A stretch of DNA of 64,000 nt from the human T2T-CHM13v2.0 reference genome, Homo sapiens. The DNA lies in the NCBI RefSeq assembly GCF_009914755.1, contig NC_060929.1, one strand, 5' to 3'. The first letter of the stretch is position 1. Every line of letters begins with the position of its first letter. The notes under the pieces are model-generated. The model was given only the letters and a program-made list of their open reading frames with translations, did not search any database and had not been told where the DNA came from. A program made the position numbers and the translations under genes. This document shows, one piece after another, positions 1-14,160 of this stretch.

Positions 1-230
1 AATAAAATCAACAATGAAAAGGGAAACATTGTAACTAATACTGCAGAAATTCAAGAATCATTAGTGGCTACTATAAGCAACTATCTGCAATAAATTGGAA
101 AATCCAGAAGAAACAGATAAATTCCTACATGCGTAAAACCTATTAAGATTGAACCATGAAGAAATCCAAAATCTGAATAGACCAATAACAAGTAAGGAGA
201 TGAAAGCCATAATAGAAAGAGTCTCCCAGC

Positions 231-533
231 AGCCGGGCGCGGTGGCTCACGTCTGTAATCCCAGCACTTTGGGAGGCCGAGGTGGGCAGATCACGAGGTC
301 AGGAGATCGAGACCATCCTGGCTAGTATGGTGAAACCTCGTCTCTACTAAAAAAAAATACAAAAAAATTAGCCGGGCATGGTGGCGGGTGCCTGTAGTCC
401 CAGCTACTCAGGAGGCTGAGGCAGGAGAATGGCGTGAACCTGGGAGGCAGAGCTTGTAGTTAGCGGAGATTGCGCCACTGCACTCCAGCCTGGGCGACAG
501 AGCAAGACTCCGTCTCAAAAAAAAAAAAAAAAA
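231..533 (+). mobile_element. AluY
   Basis: Dimeric Alu with Y diagnostics (GAGATCGAGACCATCCTGGCTA, GAATGGCGTGAACC), poly(A) tail, TSD core AGTCTCCCAGC on both sides. Confidence 0.97.
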
Positions 534-1336
534 GTCTCCCAGCTACGAAAAGTCCAGGACTCAGTAGCTTCACTGCTGAATTTCATCAAACATTTAAAGA
601 AGAACTAATATCAATCCTACTCAAATGATTCAGAAAAATAAAGGAAGAGGGAATACTTCCAAAGTCATTATGCAAGGCCAGTATTACCCTGATACCAAAA
701 TCAGACAAAGACACATTAAAAAAAAGAAAACTATAGGCCAATATCACTTATGAATATTGATCCAAAAATTCTCAACAAAATACCAGCAAACTGAATTCAA
801 CAGTACATTATGATGATCATTCATCATGACCAAGTGGGATTTATCCCATGAATGCAAGGATGGTACCACATATGCAAATCAAACAATGGGATGCATCATA
901 CCAACAGAATGAAGAACAAAAACCAGATAATCATTTCAATTGATGTTGAAAAAACATTTGATAAAATTCAACATCCCTTCATCACAAAAACTCTCAAAAA
1001 CCTGGATATAGAAGAAACATACCTCAACATAATAAAAGCCATATACATCAGATCTATAAATAGTATAATACTGAATGGGGAAAAACTGAAAGCTTCTTCT
1101 CTAAGATTAGGAACATGACAAGGATGCTCATTTTCATGACTGTTATTCAACACAGTACTAGAAGTCCTAGCTGGAGCAGTCAGACCAGAAAAAGAAACAA
1201 GGGCATCCAAATTGGAAAGGAAGAAGTCAAATTATCCCTGTTTGCAGATGATATGATCTTAAATTTGGAAAAACCTAAAGACTTCCCCCCAAAACTATTA
1301 GAACTGATAAACAAATTAGGTAAAGTTGCAGGACAT

Positions 1337-1659
<323 letters not shown>

Positions 1660-3963
1660 TCAACATACAAAAACCAGTAGCATTTCTGTATGCCAAAAGC
1701 AATCATCTGAAGAACAAATCTTGAAAGTAATTCCATTTACAATAACCACAAATAAAATAAAATACCTAGGAATTAACTTAAAGAAGTGAAAGATCTCTAC
1801 AATGAAAACTATAAAACACAGAATGCAAGAAAGAAAAGAAGACACAAAAAAGAGAAAGATATCCCATGTTCATGGATTAGAAGAATTAATATTGTTAAAA
1901 TGTCCATACCAACCAAAGCAATCTATACATTTAATGTAATCCTTATCAAAATATCAACGACATTCTTCATAGAAATAGAAAAAAAAAATCCTAAAATTTA
2001 AATAGAACCAGAAAAGACCCAGAATAGCCAAAGTTATCCTAAACAAAAAGAACAAAACTGGAAGAATCGTATTACCTGACTTTATGTTACAGAACTACAG
2101 TAACATGGTACTGGCATAAAAAGAGACACATGGATCAGTGAAAGAGAATAGAGAACACAGAGATTAATCCGTACATCTATAGTGAATTCATTTTTGACTA
2201 AAGTGCCAAGAAGATATTCTGGGGAAACGACAGCCTCTTCAATAAATGGTGGGGGTCAAACTGGATATCCATATGCAAAAAAAAAAAAAAAAAGAAAGAA
2301 ACTGTACTCCTATCTCTCACCATATATAAAAATCAAATCAAAATGAATTAAAAATTAAATCTAAGACCTCAAACTATGAAATTACTAAAAGAAAACATTG
2401 AGAAAACTCTCCAGGACACTGGATTGAGCAAAGATCGTTTGAGTAATACCCCACAAGCTCAGGCAATCAAACCAAAAATGGACAAATTGGATTACATCAA
2501 ACTGAAAAGCTTCTGAACAGCCAAGTAAACAATCAACAAAGTGAAAAGACAACCCACAGAATGGGAAAAAACATTTGCAAACTATCCATCTGACAAGTGG
2601 TTAATAATCAGAATATATAAGGAGCTCAAACGACTCTATAGGAAAAGAATCTTATGATCTGAATTGAAAATAGACAGAAGATCTGAATAAACATGTCTCA
2701 AAAGAAGACATAAAGACTGCAAACAGGTATATGAAATGGTGCTCAACATCATTGATCATCAGAAAAATGCAAATCAAAACAACAATGAGATATCATCTCA
2801 CCCCAATTAAAATGGCTTATATCCAAAAGACAGGCAATAACAAATATTGGCAAGGATATAGAGAAAAGGAAACCCTCCCGCACTCTGGGTGGGAATGTAA
2901 ATTAGTACAACCACTATAAACAGCCTGGAGGTTCCTCAATAAACTAAAAATAGAGCTACCATACTATCCAACAATTCCACTCCTAGGTATACACCAAAGA
3001 GAAAGGAATTCAGTATATTGAAGAGGTATCTGCCTTTCCATGTGGATTACAGCATTATTCACAATAGCCAAGATTTGGAATCAATCTAAGTGGCCATCAC
3101 CAGATGAACAGATAAAGAAAATGTGATACATATACACATAGAGTACTATTCAGCTATAAAATAATGAGTTCTTGTGATTTGCAACAACATAAATGGAACT
3201 GGAGGTCATTATGTTAAATGAAATAAGCCAGGCACAGAAAGACAAACTTCACATGTCCTCATTTATTTGTGGGCACTAAAAATTAAAATAAGTAGAAGGG
3301 CGGTTACCAGAGGCTGGGAAAGGTAGTGGGGAGATGAGAAGAAAGTGCAGATGGTTAACGGGTTCAAAAATATAGTTAGTATAAAACCTAGTATTTGACA
3401 GTGCAACAGGGTGACTACAGTAAAAAATAATTGTACATTTTAAAATAACTCAAGGAGTATAATTAAATTGTTTTTAACACAAAGAATAAATGCTTGAGGT
3501 GATGAATACCCCATTTACCCTGATATGATTATTACACATTACATGCCTGTATCAAAACATCTCCTGTAACCCATAAATATGTATATCTACTATGTACCCA
3601 CAAAAATTAAAAATAAAATCTGGCTAGCACAACTAAAAAAAAATGGAGGAACAGAATATAATATGTAAAGAGTCTGATTTTTCTTATCCACTGGATTAGG
3701 AGAAGAACAGTAAACAAGATTTATGAGCTTAGACTCATTGCAGGCCTCTCCTTAAATAAATGTCGCTGAGGATCCATAATGTGTACTTCAGAAAGGAAAA
3801 TATTTTTCTTTTAAGAAATGACATCCACCTTGAGTTTTCCAAGAACATCCACCTCTTTCCATGTGAAATGTTTGTCACCCCCTTTCACTGAAGATATTAC
3901 TGGGCTTCTACAGGAGAGGTAGAATTTATCATTCAGCACAAGATATATACTTTGGGTTTCTAA

Positions 3964-4289
<326 letters not shown>

Positions 4290-4769
4290 AACAAGCTCTG
4301 ATTTTTTAAAATAAGCCCATGTATCAATGTACAAATAAGGGTTTTCTCAGACATTACTGGATGTCTAAATGCCTAAAGTGGTCCTCAAGGGTAACACGTA
4401 CACATTTAAGAGTAATATCCTGTTTGTATACCCAACCTGGAGCCTGAGAGATGCCACAAAGGCCCCAGCTGACTAAGACCTTTATCCATCCAGCAGTTAC
4501 CTACTGTGGTGAAGCTTAGATCTCAGATAAATGAAGGTTTAAGATGAATTTTTACTTCTGAGTTTTTCTCCAACTGCCTCTAGCTGACTGGCATACTCTA
4601 CTTTGGAACGTTTTCAGATTTGAACCATAGGTGGGTGTGGTGGATAAAGATGAGCGAGCTGACAGATTTGTGTGGGAAAGCACATGCTATCTGTCAAGAC
4701 TATCTTTATAAAATGGAAAAAGGCACTTTATAAATGAGAAAATCTGGCTCAAAAAGTATATGGATTAAA

Positions 4770-4820
4770 CATATAAATCTCTTACTGGTTTTGTTTCTCT
4801 GGAGAACCTTGACTAATACA
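4770..4820 (+). mobile_element. MLT2 LTR 3' end fragment
   Basis: TGGTTTTGTTTCTCTGGAGAACCTTGACTAATACA matches the MLT2 terminus. Confidence 0.65.
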
Positions 4821-5779
4821 GATGTCTGTTAGATGTTAGGTTCTGAAATGTAGTACTTGCTTGTTTGAATATGAGTAAGATTCCAGAACTCCATGCTGAT
4901 CTGTTATCTCATTAAAATGACCCTGAAGTACAGTAGTCCTTGTCCTTTCCATCACTGGCATTTATGAAGCATATGCTGGGGGTAAAGTCCTATCCCAGCC
5001 TTTACAGGAAAGAAAAGCATAATTCCTACGTTTGTAGAACTTATACTCTATATCATTTCCCTCAAATATATGATCCCACTATGCAGGGTTTTGTCATGGC
5101 TAAACCGCTTAGTCCAAATTATTCACTAGGAATATAAAAAGTGGTTGGAGACCTCAAAGATATTTATCTCAATATTTTCCTTCTCTTCTTATATTACCTG
5201 AGGACTTTCATCTTCTGCACACCTTTTTATTTTGTTTTGTTAGAACTGAAAAGTGCTTTTATCTGGACATCAAAGATACCACTTCACCTAGAACAGGTTA
5301 TAGCTAAATCATAACATCTCTTTGAAGATCCTTCAGTAGTGATCAGAGATCAAAAATAAAGTGTAATGGACTTTGATACTTAAACAGCAAAACATTTTAA
5401 GGGTCAAGGATTTTTCAACACTGATATTACACACACTAAGAATTTGGATGTGTATGTTTTGTGCAGAAGAGAAGGGAGTAATACCCATCAATTATTAGAA
5501 AGTTAGTCCATTGTGCAACTCTTGACTGCTGTATCTTCCAATCCAATCATTTGTTTAATTGATGTTAGTTACATTTTTAGGGTGCTTAAATGATTCAAGT
5601 ATATATTTGTTAACTTCCAAGTGGACCACTTGTCTGGTTTGAGTTTTGGTGGAACAATTTTAAACATATTATCTATTATAATGAGGACAGAGCAACAATA
5701 TAATCACAATCTAATGTCTGCTGTTAACTAACTGACCTTAGCTGCCACCTGAGTCTCCACGCCTTTTCTCCTAAAGACT

Positions 5780-6115
5780 CTTCTTCCTGGAATCGCTAGC
5801 CACAACCTTCACCTGGCAGTCTCCTTGTTGTTGAGACATCAGCTCAAATGTTGCCAATTTAGCAAGACTTTCTCTAGCCAATCTAAGTATTCTCCATCCC
5901 CACACAAAGATGCTTTATGAAATCAGTGTCTTGTTTTACTCCTAACACTCATTACTACCTGATTCTTTTTCATTTTATTTATTTGTTGTGTTCTTTTTAA
6001 GGAAATGAAAACCTTATGAGTACAGAAATTGTGCCTTATTGACTGGTGTATTCCAAGGGTTTGAAATAGTACTTGGAACACAGTAAATGCACAATCAGGG
6101 TATAAATGAATGAAA
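5780..6115 (+). mobile_element. L2 3' fragment
   Basis: CAGCTCAAATGTT...ATAGTACTTGGAACACAGTAAATGCACAAT...AATGAATGAA tail. Confidence 0.65.
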
Positions 6116-8249
6116 TCATATACATAAACTATATGTTTTGAAATTAGTGTTTACAACTTATCAGGTCTGAAAAAGCCAATTCAATTCACTCATTTTTCAT
6201 TGACCTAATTTGTACATATCAAATGTCTAATTATCCAACAAGACCTTCTTCAACTTCTCTTCAAATTACTCCAAAACTGCAAGCATCCTTATAAAAATCT
6301 AACACAAAGCTATGAAGAAAGATAACATATTAAACTTTCTTTCGTGCCTCTTTGTTTTTTAAAAAAAATTTCAGTAAAGAACAGAGCTGACCTATGCAAT
6401 AAATTGGTTTTTTGTTTTGCTTTAAATTTATACTATGTGCTAGAGCTATGGGGGGAGAAAAGGGAGGGAGAAGATACTCAGATGAAACTAACAGAATCTC
6501 TCACCACCAGGCCTGCACTGTTGAATAAGAGGGTCAACAGAGAAACCAGTTACCTCTACATTTAATGACATCAGAGGTAAACTGAAGACATCAGCTGCAG
6601 ACAATTTCTGTGTTCCTCCCACTTATTGATTAGTATCAATAATGGTGAAAGTACAACAGTTATATCTGAGGGCTACTTGTGTTTAACTTGGCTCATATTA
6701 AAGAAATGAAGGCGAGTCATAAATAACAGCCACAGTGAAGTAAAAGAACAATCAGAAAACCATGCATGCATTTATTTTTAACTTTCATGTACCTAATGGT
6801 CTGTTTAAAGAAAAACTCTACCTCAATGAAAAACACAGGTCCACAAACATTCCCAAATATAATTTCCAAAATCAGTTTTTTTAGACGTATAAACACCCCC
6901 TGTGTGCACACATATGCATCTTCTTATATGTAATGACAGACTTGATCCTCTAGAACTTTGAAATTTTGATATTGGTGTGTCATTATTTTATTGCACTTTG
7001 ACAAGCTGAAGCAGGTAAATTCTGGGATCATGCTATACTACATCTGCAAGGTACATTTTCATACATGGAAGTGACTGTTCAAACTTTTGGTTAATATACA
7101 GTATGTGAAGCATCTAAGAAGGCTTTTTTTTCAATTAATGGCAAATCCTTTTAATAAACTCAATGTGCCCAACTCATTTAATTTTTGAAAATACCTCTAG
7201 TGAGAAAAAATATGTAATATAAAAGCAAATCTATTTTCCCTACTTTAGAAATCAACGGAAACCACAAATTTTAAAATAACCACATTTTATTATGTCCGAT
7301 TTTTCTTTAACGATTCCCTTGAGCTCTCCGTGTTACTGAAGGAAGTCAAAGCAGCAGGTTGAGCTACCTTTTTAGGAGTGATTTTTCATGAGAGAGCAAT
7401 GCAAGAAAGAACATCATCCTTTTTGGTGATTTCAGAAATATAGCAGGCAAATTCCTCATCTAGCCTTCAATAAATACTAATGCCATTTGGATGACAAATA
7501 AAATATTCTTGAAGGGTCCGTGACCAGAGAAACCAGCATTAGATCTAAAAAGTGGTTTTTCCCATTGATATCTAGCCATCAAATGAAAAAAAAAAAAGTT
7601 TTTACTCATTCATCTGTTCATTCCACCAGTATTTTGGGGGTATATATTGAATGACAAGCAGAAAGTGCTCTTCAGTGGGATACTCAGGGTTGACCTTCTA
7701 CAACTAAGGCACAGGGATACTGACACAGGACAGACCTGCAACAGTGCCAGGGCAGATTCTGGGGGCTCCTTAGTCCTTCTGCTGTTGGACCATGAGGAAA
7801 TCTGGGGAGCCCTGGGCAGGTTCAGGGCAGTGGAGGTGGTGGTGCAGTCTTGGGCAACTTGGAAGAGCATCTATTTGCCAAGGAGAGAGGAAGTACTTCA
7901 ACGTTCTAACAACCCATCGAGTCATTAAGGAGCACAGAGGAGGTGGACTGACCCCAGATTGCGGGCTTGTGAATGCAGGGGTCAGTGTCCAGGAAAAAGA
8001 ACCGGGGAAGGAAGCTCCTGAAACATCCAACGAGAGTGAGTGGTCAGCAGATGACTCCAACCCGTACTGTAAATATCCTTCAACTTTTTACCTTTAAAGT
8101 CAAATGTGACCTCCAAAAACCTCAAATTGAAAATAACCCAGACTGGGCCTAGAAGCAGATGTGTATGATTTAAGTGCAAAGATGGAGGCATAATGTCTAA
8201 GGGGAACTGGAGCCATAAAGTGCTGGTGCAATCTGAATGGGAGGCAGGG

Positions 8250-8570
8250 AGGAGAGAAAGACAAGGCTGGAGAGCTGGGCAGCGACCAGATGGTAGGTGT
8301 TCTTCTGCACCTTGTTACAGAGGGCTTAGGCTCCATCAAGTTATACTAGAAAGCCATGCGAGGGCTTAAAACAGGAAAACGACTTGCCTAGATAAGTATT
8401 TTTGACAGTTCACTCTGGCTCCTATGAAGGGGTTGGCTTGAGGAGCAAAATGCTAAAGGCTGGAAGGCTAAACAGGAAAAAGTATAGTCAATAGTGAATA
8501 CCCTGCACTTGTCTAAAGCTCCATGGCAAGGTACACGACCATGATCAAAGCCAGTTATGGTGGCCCAAAC
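8250..8570 (-). mobile_element. L2 fragment
   Basis: Degenerate antisense L2 motifs (GGCTGGAGAG..GACCAGAT; GAAAGCCAT..GAGGG..AACAGGAAAACGAC; TCACTCTGGCT). Confidence 0.5.
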
Positions 8571-8587
8571 CACAAGAAGAGATGAGA

Positions 8588-9209
8588 ACTTTGGAAAATA
8601 ATCTAGCAGTTCTTCAAAGTATTCTTCAATGGCTAGATATAGAATTACCATATGACCGAGCAATTATATGTGCAAGAGAAATAAAAACATATGTACACAC
8701 AAAACTGTACATAAACATTCATGTTAGCATTATGTATAACAGCCAAAAAGTGGAACAACTTAAATGCCCATCAACTGATGAATGGGTAAGTAGAATGTGG
8801 TATACATGTACAAGGGAATATTATTTAGTCTTAAAGAAATGAAGTACTGATACATGCTACAACATGGATGAACCTTAAAAATATAATGCTAAGTGAAAGA
8901 AGCCAGTCACAAAGGGCCACGTATTGTATGATTCCATTTGTATGAAATATTCAGAATAGGCAAATCTATGTAGACAGAAAGTGGATTAGTGGTTGCTTAG
9001 GACTGGGGAAGGGGAGGAAGGATGGAGAGACTAGGGAGTGATAACTAAGGGGCACAGGATTTCTTCTTGGGTGAATGAAAACATTCTAAAGCGGGTTGTG
9101 CGATCAGTGCACGACTCTGTGAATATACTAAAAGGCAAGAATTACATACTTCCAACAAATGAATTGTACAGTATGTGAATTATATCTCAACAAAGCTGTT
9201 TACAAAAAA
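8588..9209 (+). mobile_element. L1MB7/8-like 3' end
   Basis: GAAGTACTGATACATGCTACAACATGGATGAACCTT...GTGAAAGAAGCCAGTCACAAA...GTATGTGAATTATATCTCAACAAAGCTGTT. Confidence 0.88.
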
Positions 9210-9799
9210 GTGTGGACGAGAGCCCTTTCAACAATAACAATGTAAAGTGGCCCTAAGTGGCAACCTGGGGAACACCAACATTTAAGCAGCAAGAGGAATA
9301 AGAAACGCCCCAAAAGAGACAAAGAAAAAAATAACTGGAAAAGTTTGGGAATGGAGAGAGCTAAAGGAGCAAAGGATGCCTAAATATATAATTGCTCAGG
9401 TTTAATTGGGAAAATGAAATTAGATCCATGCTTATGAAACAGTAAGGAAACCAAAGTATCCAGTGTCTTCAAAAGATCAAAGAAAGACTCTTTACTAAAC
9501 TTCATGCAAGGTTAAAGTGAATACTAGCTCAAGAACATCTCACAGAAGAGGGATAGCACTGGGGGCAAAAATCAAGTTATTGTATTTTTATTTTTCAGTG
9601 CTTCTTTATCTGAAGCAAGTTTTATCAATTTTGTCAAGTGCACGGGATAAATGTAACTCAGAAAACTATCTGACTGAAGTGTGTTCTCCTAGATGGTTCA
9701 TCACGCTTGGTCTTCATTTAGCCTCTGTCAAGAGTAGTTACCTAACCTGCCAAATAAAGGGCACATAGCAGAGCATGGCTCCACAGTATTTTTGTGAGT

Positions 9800-10603
9800 A
9801 TGTTGGTTAATTTTCTGTGTCAACTTGACAGGGCTAACGGATGCCCAAACAGATGGTAAAACATTACTTCTGAGTATGTCTGTGAGTACATTTCTAGAAG
9901 AGATTAGCACTTAAATCAGTAAACTGAGTAGAGAAGATCAATGTAGACAGATTTATTCAATCCTTGAGGGCTCAGAGAGAACAAAAAGGCAGAGGATGGG
10001 CACATTTTCTTTTTTTTTTGAGACAAAGTCTCGCTCTGTCACCCAGGCTGGAGTGCAGTGGCGCAATCTTGGCTCACTGCAACCTCCGCCTTCTGGGTTC
10101 GAGCAATTCTCCCTGCCCCAGTCTCCCGAGTAGCTGGGATTACAGGCACCTGCCACCATGCCTGGCTAATTTTTGTCTTTTTAATAGAGACAGGGTTTCG
10201 CTGTGTTGGCCAGACTGGTCTCGAACTCCTGACCTCAGGCGATCCACCTGCCTTGGCCTCCCAGAGTACTGGGATTACTGGCATGAGCCACCCTGCCCAG
10301 CCAGAGGATGGGCAAATTTTTTGTCTCTCTCCTTGAATTGGAACATCCATCTTCTCCTGTCCTTGGACATCAGTGCTTCTGCTTTTCAGACCTTTGGACT
10401 CCAGGATTTACACCAGTATCACCCCCTGTCCCCCAGCTTCTCGGACCTTAGAAATAGGGCTGAATTATACCACTGACTTTCCTGGCTCTCTGGCTTGCAG
10501 ACAACTTCTCAGCTTCCATAATGAGGAACCAATTCCCATAATAAACTCCTCTTATCTATCTATGTAAATCCTATTGATTCTGTTGAAGAAGCCTGATTAA
10601 TAC
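9800..10603 (+). mobile_element. MLT2 (C/D-like) solo LTR split by an Alu
   Basis: Starts TGTTGGTTAATTTTCTGTGTCAACTTGAC, ends CCTATTGATTCTGTT...CCTGATTAATACA. Confidence 0.85.
10009..10302 (-). mobile_element. AluSx-like
   Basis: Reverse Alu with CCTGACCTCAGGCGATCC; TSD AGAGGATGGGCA(C/A)ATTTT on both sides. Confidence 0.95.
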
Positions 10604-10857
10604 AGTAAGAAAAACGTGTCTCCTATCTCCTACCTCCTGGAATCTTTGAGGTAAATGAGGTGGGATGGGTTTCTGACAGTAAGTTCATAAGCAAAGCACT
10701 GGTGCTTCGTTTCCACTGACAAGAGACATAAAATGGGGAGTGAGAGAGACAGGTAGCAGCAACAACTGGCTTGTGTGTATGCTAGGGTAAAGTTTTAAAT
10801 TATTTTGATAGCTAACAACCAATAAGATATGGATTCCAGACCCAGCTTATTTTTCAG

Positions 10858-11220
10858 TGTATTAGTTTGCTAAGGCTGCTGTAACAAAATGTCACAGTGT
10901 GGGTGGCTTAAACAGAGATGCATTTTCTCACAGTCCTGGGAGCTAGAAGTCCAAGATCAAAGTGTTGGCAGGGTTGGTTTCTTCTGAGGCCTCTCTTCTT
11001 GGCTTGTCGATGGCTGTCTTCTCCCTGTGTCCCTCTGTGTGTCTGTGGCCAAATTTCCTCCTCTTAGAAGGACCCCAATCATACGGGATTATCACCTACC
11101 CTAATGACTTCATTTCAGTTTAATTACCTTTTCAAAGGTCTTATTTTCAAATACAGTCACATTCTGAAGTGCTGGGGGTTAGGACTTCAACATATGAATT
11201 TTTGAGAATGGGGACACAAT
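10858..11220 (-). mobile_element. MLT1A/B-like MaLR solo LTR
   Basis: TGTATTAGTTTGCTAAGGCTGCTGTAACAAAA...AATACAGTCACATTCTGAAGTGCTGGGGGTTAGGACTTCAACATATGAATTT. Confidence 0.88.
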
Positions 11221-12024
11221 TGGCTAGGTGCAAGGAATTAGAATTTCAGGGTAAGAATTATTCAATCAATAAATTATTTTAACTGCCTTTACATTTGTTT
11301 GAGGAAAATTCCGGGACACGTTTTGGTTTTGTTTTGTTTTAACAAAGTTAATCTAACCCATGCTTAAAAATTAGGTGGTTCACAGTATTCAATCCATTCT
11401 GAGAACTGCTAGTGGCCAATGTCGCTGTCCATCATTTCCCTTTGCCCCACTGAAATACTCTCAGGCTCTTTGGTGGTAACAGAGCAACAAATAGAGTGCT
11501 TTTCCAGATCTCAATGTTGTCAGAGTTGCCTTTGACAACAAGGAAGGAAACATTGCCTTTCTTGCACTACTTGTGCCTAACTCTCAACTCTGAGGCACTG
11601 CAAGCAGGAGCAAGAGAGAAACATCAAGGCTGAGCATGGGAGAAACACATTTGTTAATTGTGTTTCAGGCTGAGCCCCTGAAAATGTGAAGCAAGGAGAC
11701 TGGGCTTGATTTTAATAGACCTGATTCTGTTCATGTGGCTAGATTTTGTTGCTGAGGACTTTTCCCTTACTCACTGGATCAAAAGATTGTGAGAGTTAAT
11801 AATATAACACAAGAGTTAAAACTATTTAGTGTACAAGGCTGAGATCATAAATGAAAAGGATGGGCCAGGTTTTGGTTTTATGATATTAGGTGCATAAGTC
11901 TGGTACATTTCTTATCATCTTTGCTCTGATCTATTTTTTTTTCTTTTTTGTCATCGTAGTTATACTTCTAACATAATTTATGATTTCTTTACTTATTTCA
12001 TTTACTCTTTATCTCTCTATATGA

Positions 12025-12153
12025 CACTAAAATGTAAATTCCTCTAGGACAGGGATCTCTGTCTGTTTTATTCCTTGATCCATCCCAAGCACCTAAAATA
12101 GAACTGTTCCCAGAGTAGTCATTCAATAAAGGCTGGTTGAATGAATGAATAAA
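12025..12153 (+). mobile_element. L2 3' end
   Basis: TGTAAATTCC...GGACAGGGAT...CAATAAAGGCTGGTTGAATGAATGAAT tail. Confidence 0.75.
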
Positions 12154-12169
12154 TATATCTCATTAAATC

Positions 12170-12480
12170 AAGCAAACTGATTTTTTAAAACATGCATTCC
12201 AAAATTCTAATTACTTAAGTGTGTTGTCCCTTGAAATTGTCACCTTGGGGACTCTAGGCTTATTCCAATTATGCTATTACTCAAAAATATTTAGACTCTT
12301 TAAAGCCCCAGTTTATGAGCCACACAAGAAATTAGTCTTATTACCTTATACAGTTTACTTTTCACTATAACCATCATTTTTCAATGTGATTATCTATTTT
12401 CTTTATTGAAATTTGTTCCAAATGGCTTTTAGCTCTTTTCTCAAGTCAAACCCATCCTGAAAGGATGAAGAGTTATGACA
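12170..12480 (+). mobile_element. Mariner-type DNA transposon relic (MARNA-like)
   Basis: GTCCCTTGAAATTGTCACCTTGGG...CTTATTCCAA and a degenerate mariner C-terminal motif (GCTCTTTTCTCAAGTCAAA...CTGAAAGGATGAAGA, resembling LFPKLK..LKGRR). Confidence 0.5.
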
Positions 12481-12959
12481 ATTCCGTAGAGAATTAACAA
12501 CAGCAAAAAATCTCTCATTACAGTCACCAGAATTGAAGGGAGCCCCAGTAACATTCTGTAACATCTCTTGCTTCTCAAGAGGAATTTGGCTAATCACATT
12601 TGACAGTGTTTTGTTTTGCCAGCACTTGCTGATTTAATTAATTTTTAAAATCAAGTGCCACTGGTATAGTTAGGACACTCAGCACAACAGGAGGCAAAGC
12701 CATGAAGAATCAGCAAAGTGACACTTCTTTGTATTTCACAGGGCTATCTTTTACAAACAACTATTTTTTTCCAATACAGAAATATTAAGTGCTAAATGGA
12801 GAAAACCTGGAAAATGCATAAAACAACAGAGAAGTATTCCGATAGAATTCCTATGTGCAGAAATGAGTGTGCAGAAGGCCGGATGGCTGCAGCTTCATCT
12901 CAGGCGCAGTTGCCTTCTTACAGATCCCTGACTCGTCGGCTCTGCAGTCCCGCGACCTC

Positions 12960-13275
12960 AGCACTTTGGCAAACCGCTCTATCCTCTGCCAGGTGTGCTG
13001 TCCCCCCACTGTCCCTCCTTTCACCTGGTAGCACTATCTCACCAAGGAGATCCCAGCTTACATCATTTCCTCGGGGCAGCCTTCTCTCACTATTGGGAAG
13101 AAGTCTCATGAGCTTTGGCTTTGTAGCATGTATCACTGTGCATGGTTACATATTGGGTGACTACTTGATTTATACTTGTCTCTTTACTAACCTATGTAAA
13201 ATGAGGGCAGGGATCATGGATGTTTTGATCACCATAGTCCCTCAAGTTCCTAGTGCTGACCCCTCGCTCAATAAG
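12960..13275 (+). mobile_element. L2 3' fragment
   Basis: ATGAGGGCAGGGATCATG...TTGATCACCATAGTCCC...GCTCAATAA. Confidence 0.55.
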
Positions 13276-13535
13276 TACATTCCTCCATGCTGCACTCACA
13301 TCTCAAGTGCTAATCACTTGTTAGAACCAGGTTAGGAGCTAGATTGTGACCAAGCTCTTTCATTAACCTGAAGAACTCATAAAAAATCATCACACTTAAG
13401 TACCTGGTCCCTTTAAAGAAGTCCTGAGGTGATTTAAGATTTGATCATAAATACGTTCATTCTTAAGCTTTTTATGGGAGACAATATAAAAAATGCCCAT
13501 TAGAAAAATATTGGTATAACTTTTGTAAAACCATA

Positions 13536-14160
13536 CAGTAGCTTCCCTTTATCTACAGGGGATATGTTTCAAGACCCCCACTGGATACTTGAAACCATGG
13601 ATAGCACTGAATGATACATATACATTATGTTCTTTCCTATACAAAGATATCTATCATAAAGTTTAATTTATAAATTAAGAGATTAGCAATAACTAATAAT
13701 AAAATGGAGCTATAACAATATACTGTAATAAGGCCGGGTGCAGTGGCTCACGCCTGTAATCCCAGTACTTTGGGAGGCCGAGGTCAGGAGTTTGAGACCA
13801 GCCTGGCCAACATGGCAAAACCCCGTCTCTACTAAAAATACAAAAAATTAGCCGGGTGTGGCGGCACATGCCTGTAGTCCCAGCTACTTGGGAGGCTGAG
13901 GCAGAAGAATCACTTCAACCTGGGAGGTGAAGGTTGCAGTGAGCCGAGATCGTGCCATTGCACTCCAGCCTGGGTAACAGAGCAAGATTCCATCTCAAAA
14001 AATAAATAAATAAAATAAAACAATACACTGTAATAAACATTGTATGAATGTAGCCTCTCTTAAAATATCTTACTGTACTGTACTCACGTATTTTTGAGCT
14101 CTGGTTAACCATGGGTGACTGAAACTGGAAAGTGAAGCCACAGATAAGCAGGGACCACTC
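13536..14160. mobile_element. MER44 (Tigger7 family) DNA transposon split by an Alu
   Basis: TA|CAGTAG..CCCTTTATC...GGGGATATGTTTCAAGACCCCC left end; GATAAGCAGGGACCAC right end. Confidence 0.85.
13732..14018 (+). mobile_element. AluS with internal left-arm deletion
   Basis: TSD AACAATA(T/C)ACTGTAATAA at 13714-13731 and 14019-14036; the GGATCAC segment is missing. Confidence 0.95.

Noticed and set aside
5198-5287. Minus-strand exon-like cassette (TAG|...CAG|GTAATA), and a weaker one at 6554-6594
   Set aside because: Stops in all three frames for the first and weak acceptors for both; such pairs arise by chance in AT-rich DNA.
9964-10476. 170-aa ORF, and similar ORFs at 31242-31820, 56573-57085 and 20899-21249
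   Set aside because: Alu-derived reading frames (LSPRLECSG etc.); a standard artefact.
12796-13335. 179-aa plus-strand ORF
   Set aside because: Overlaps decayed L2, has no recognisable domain, and shows no splice or promoter support.
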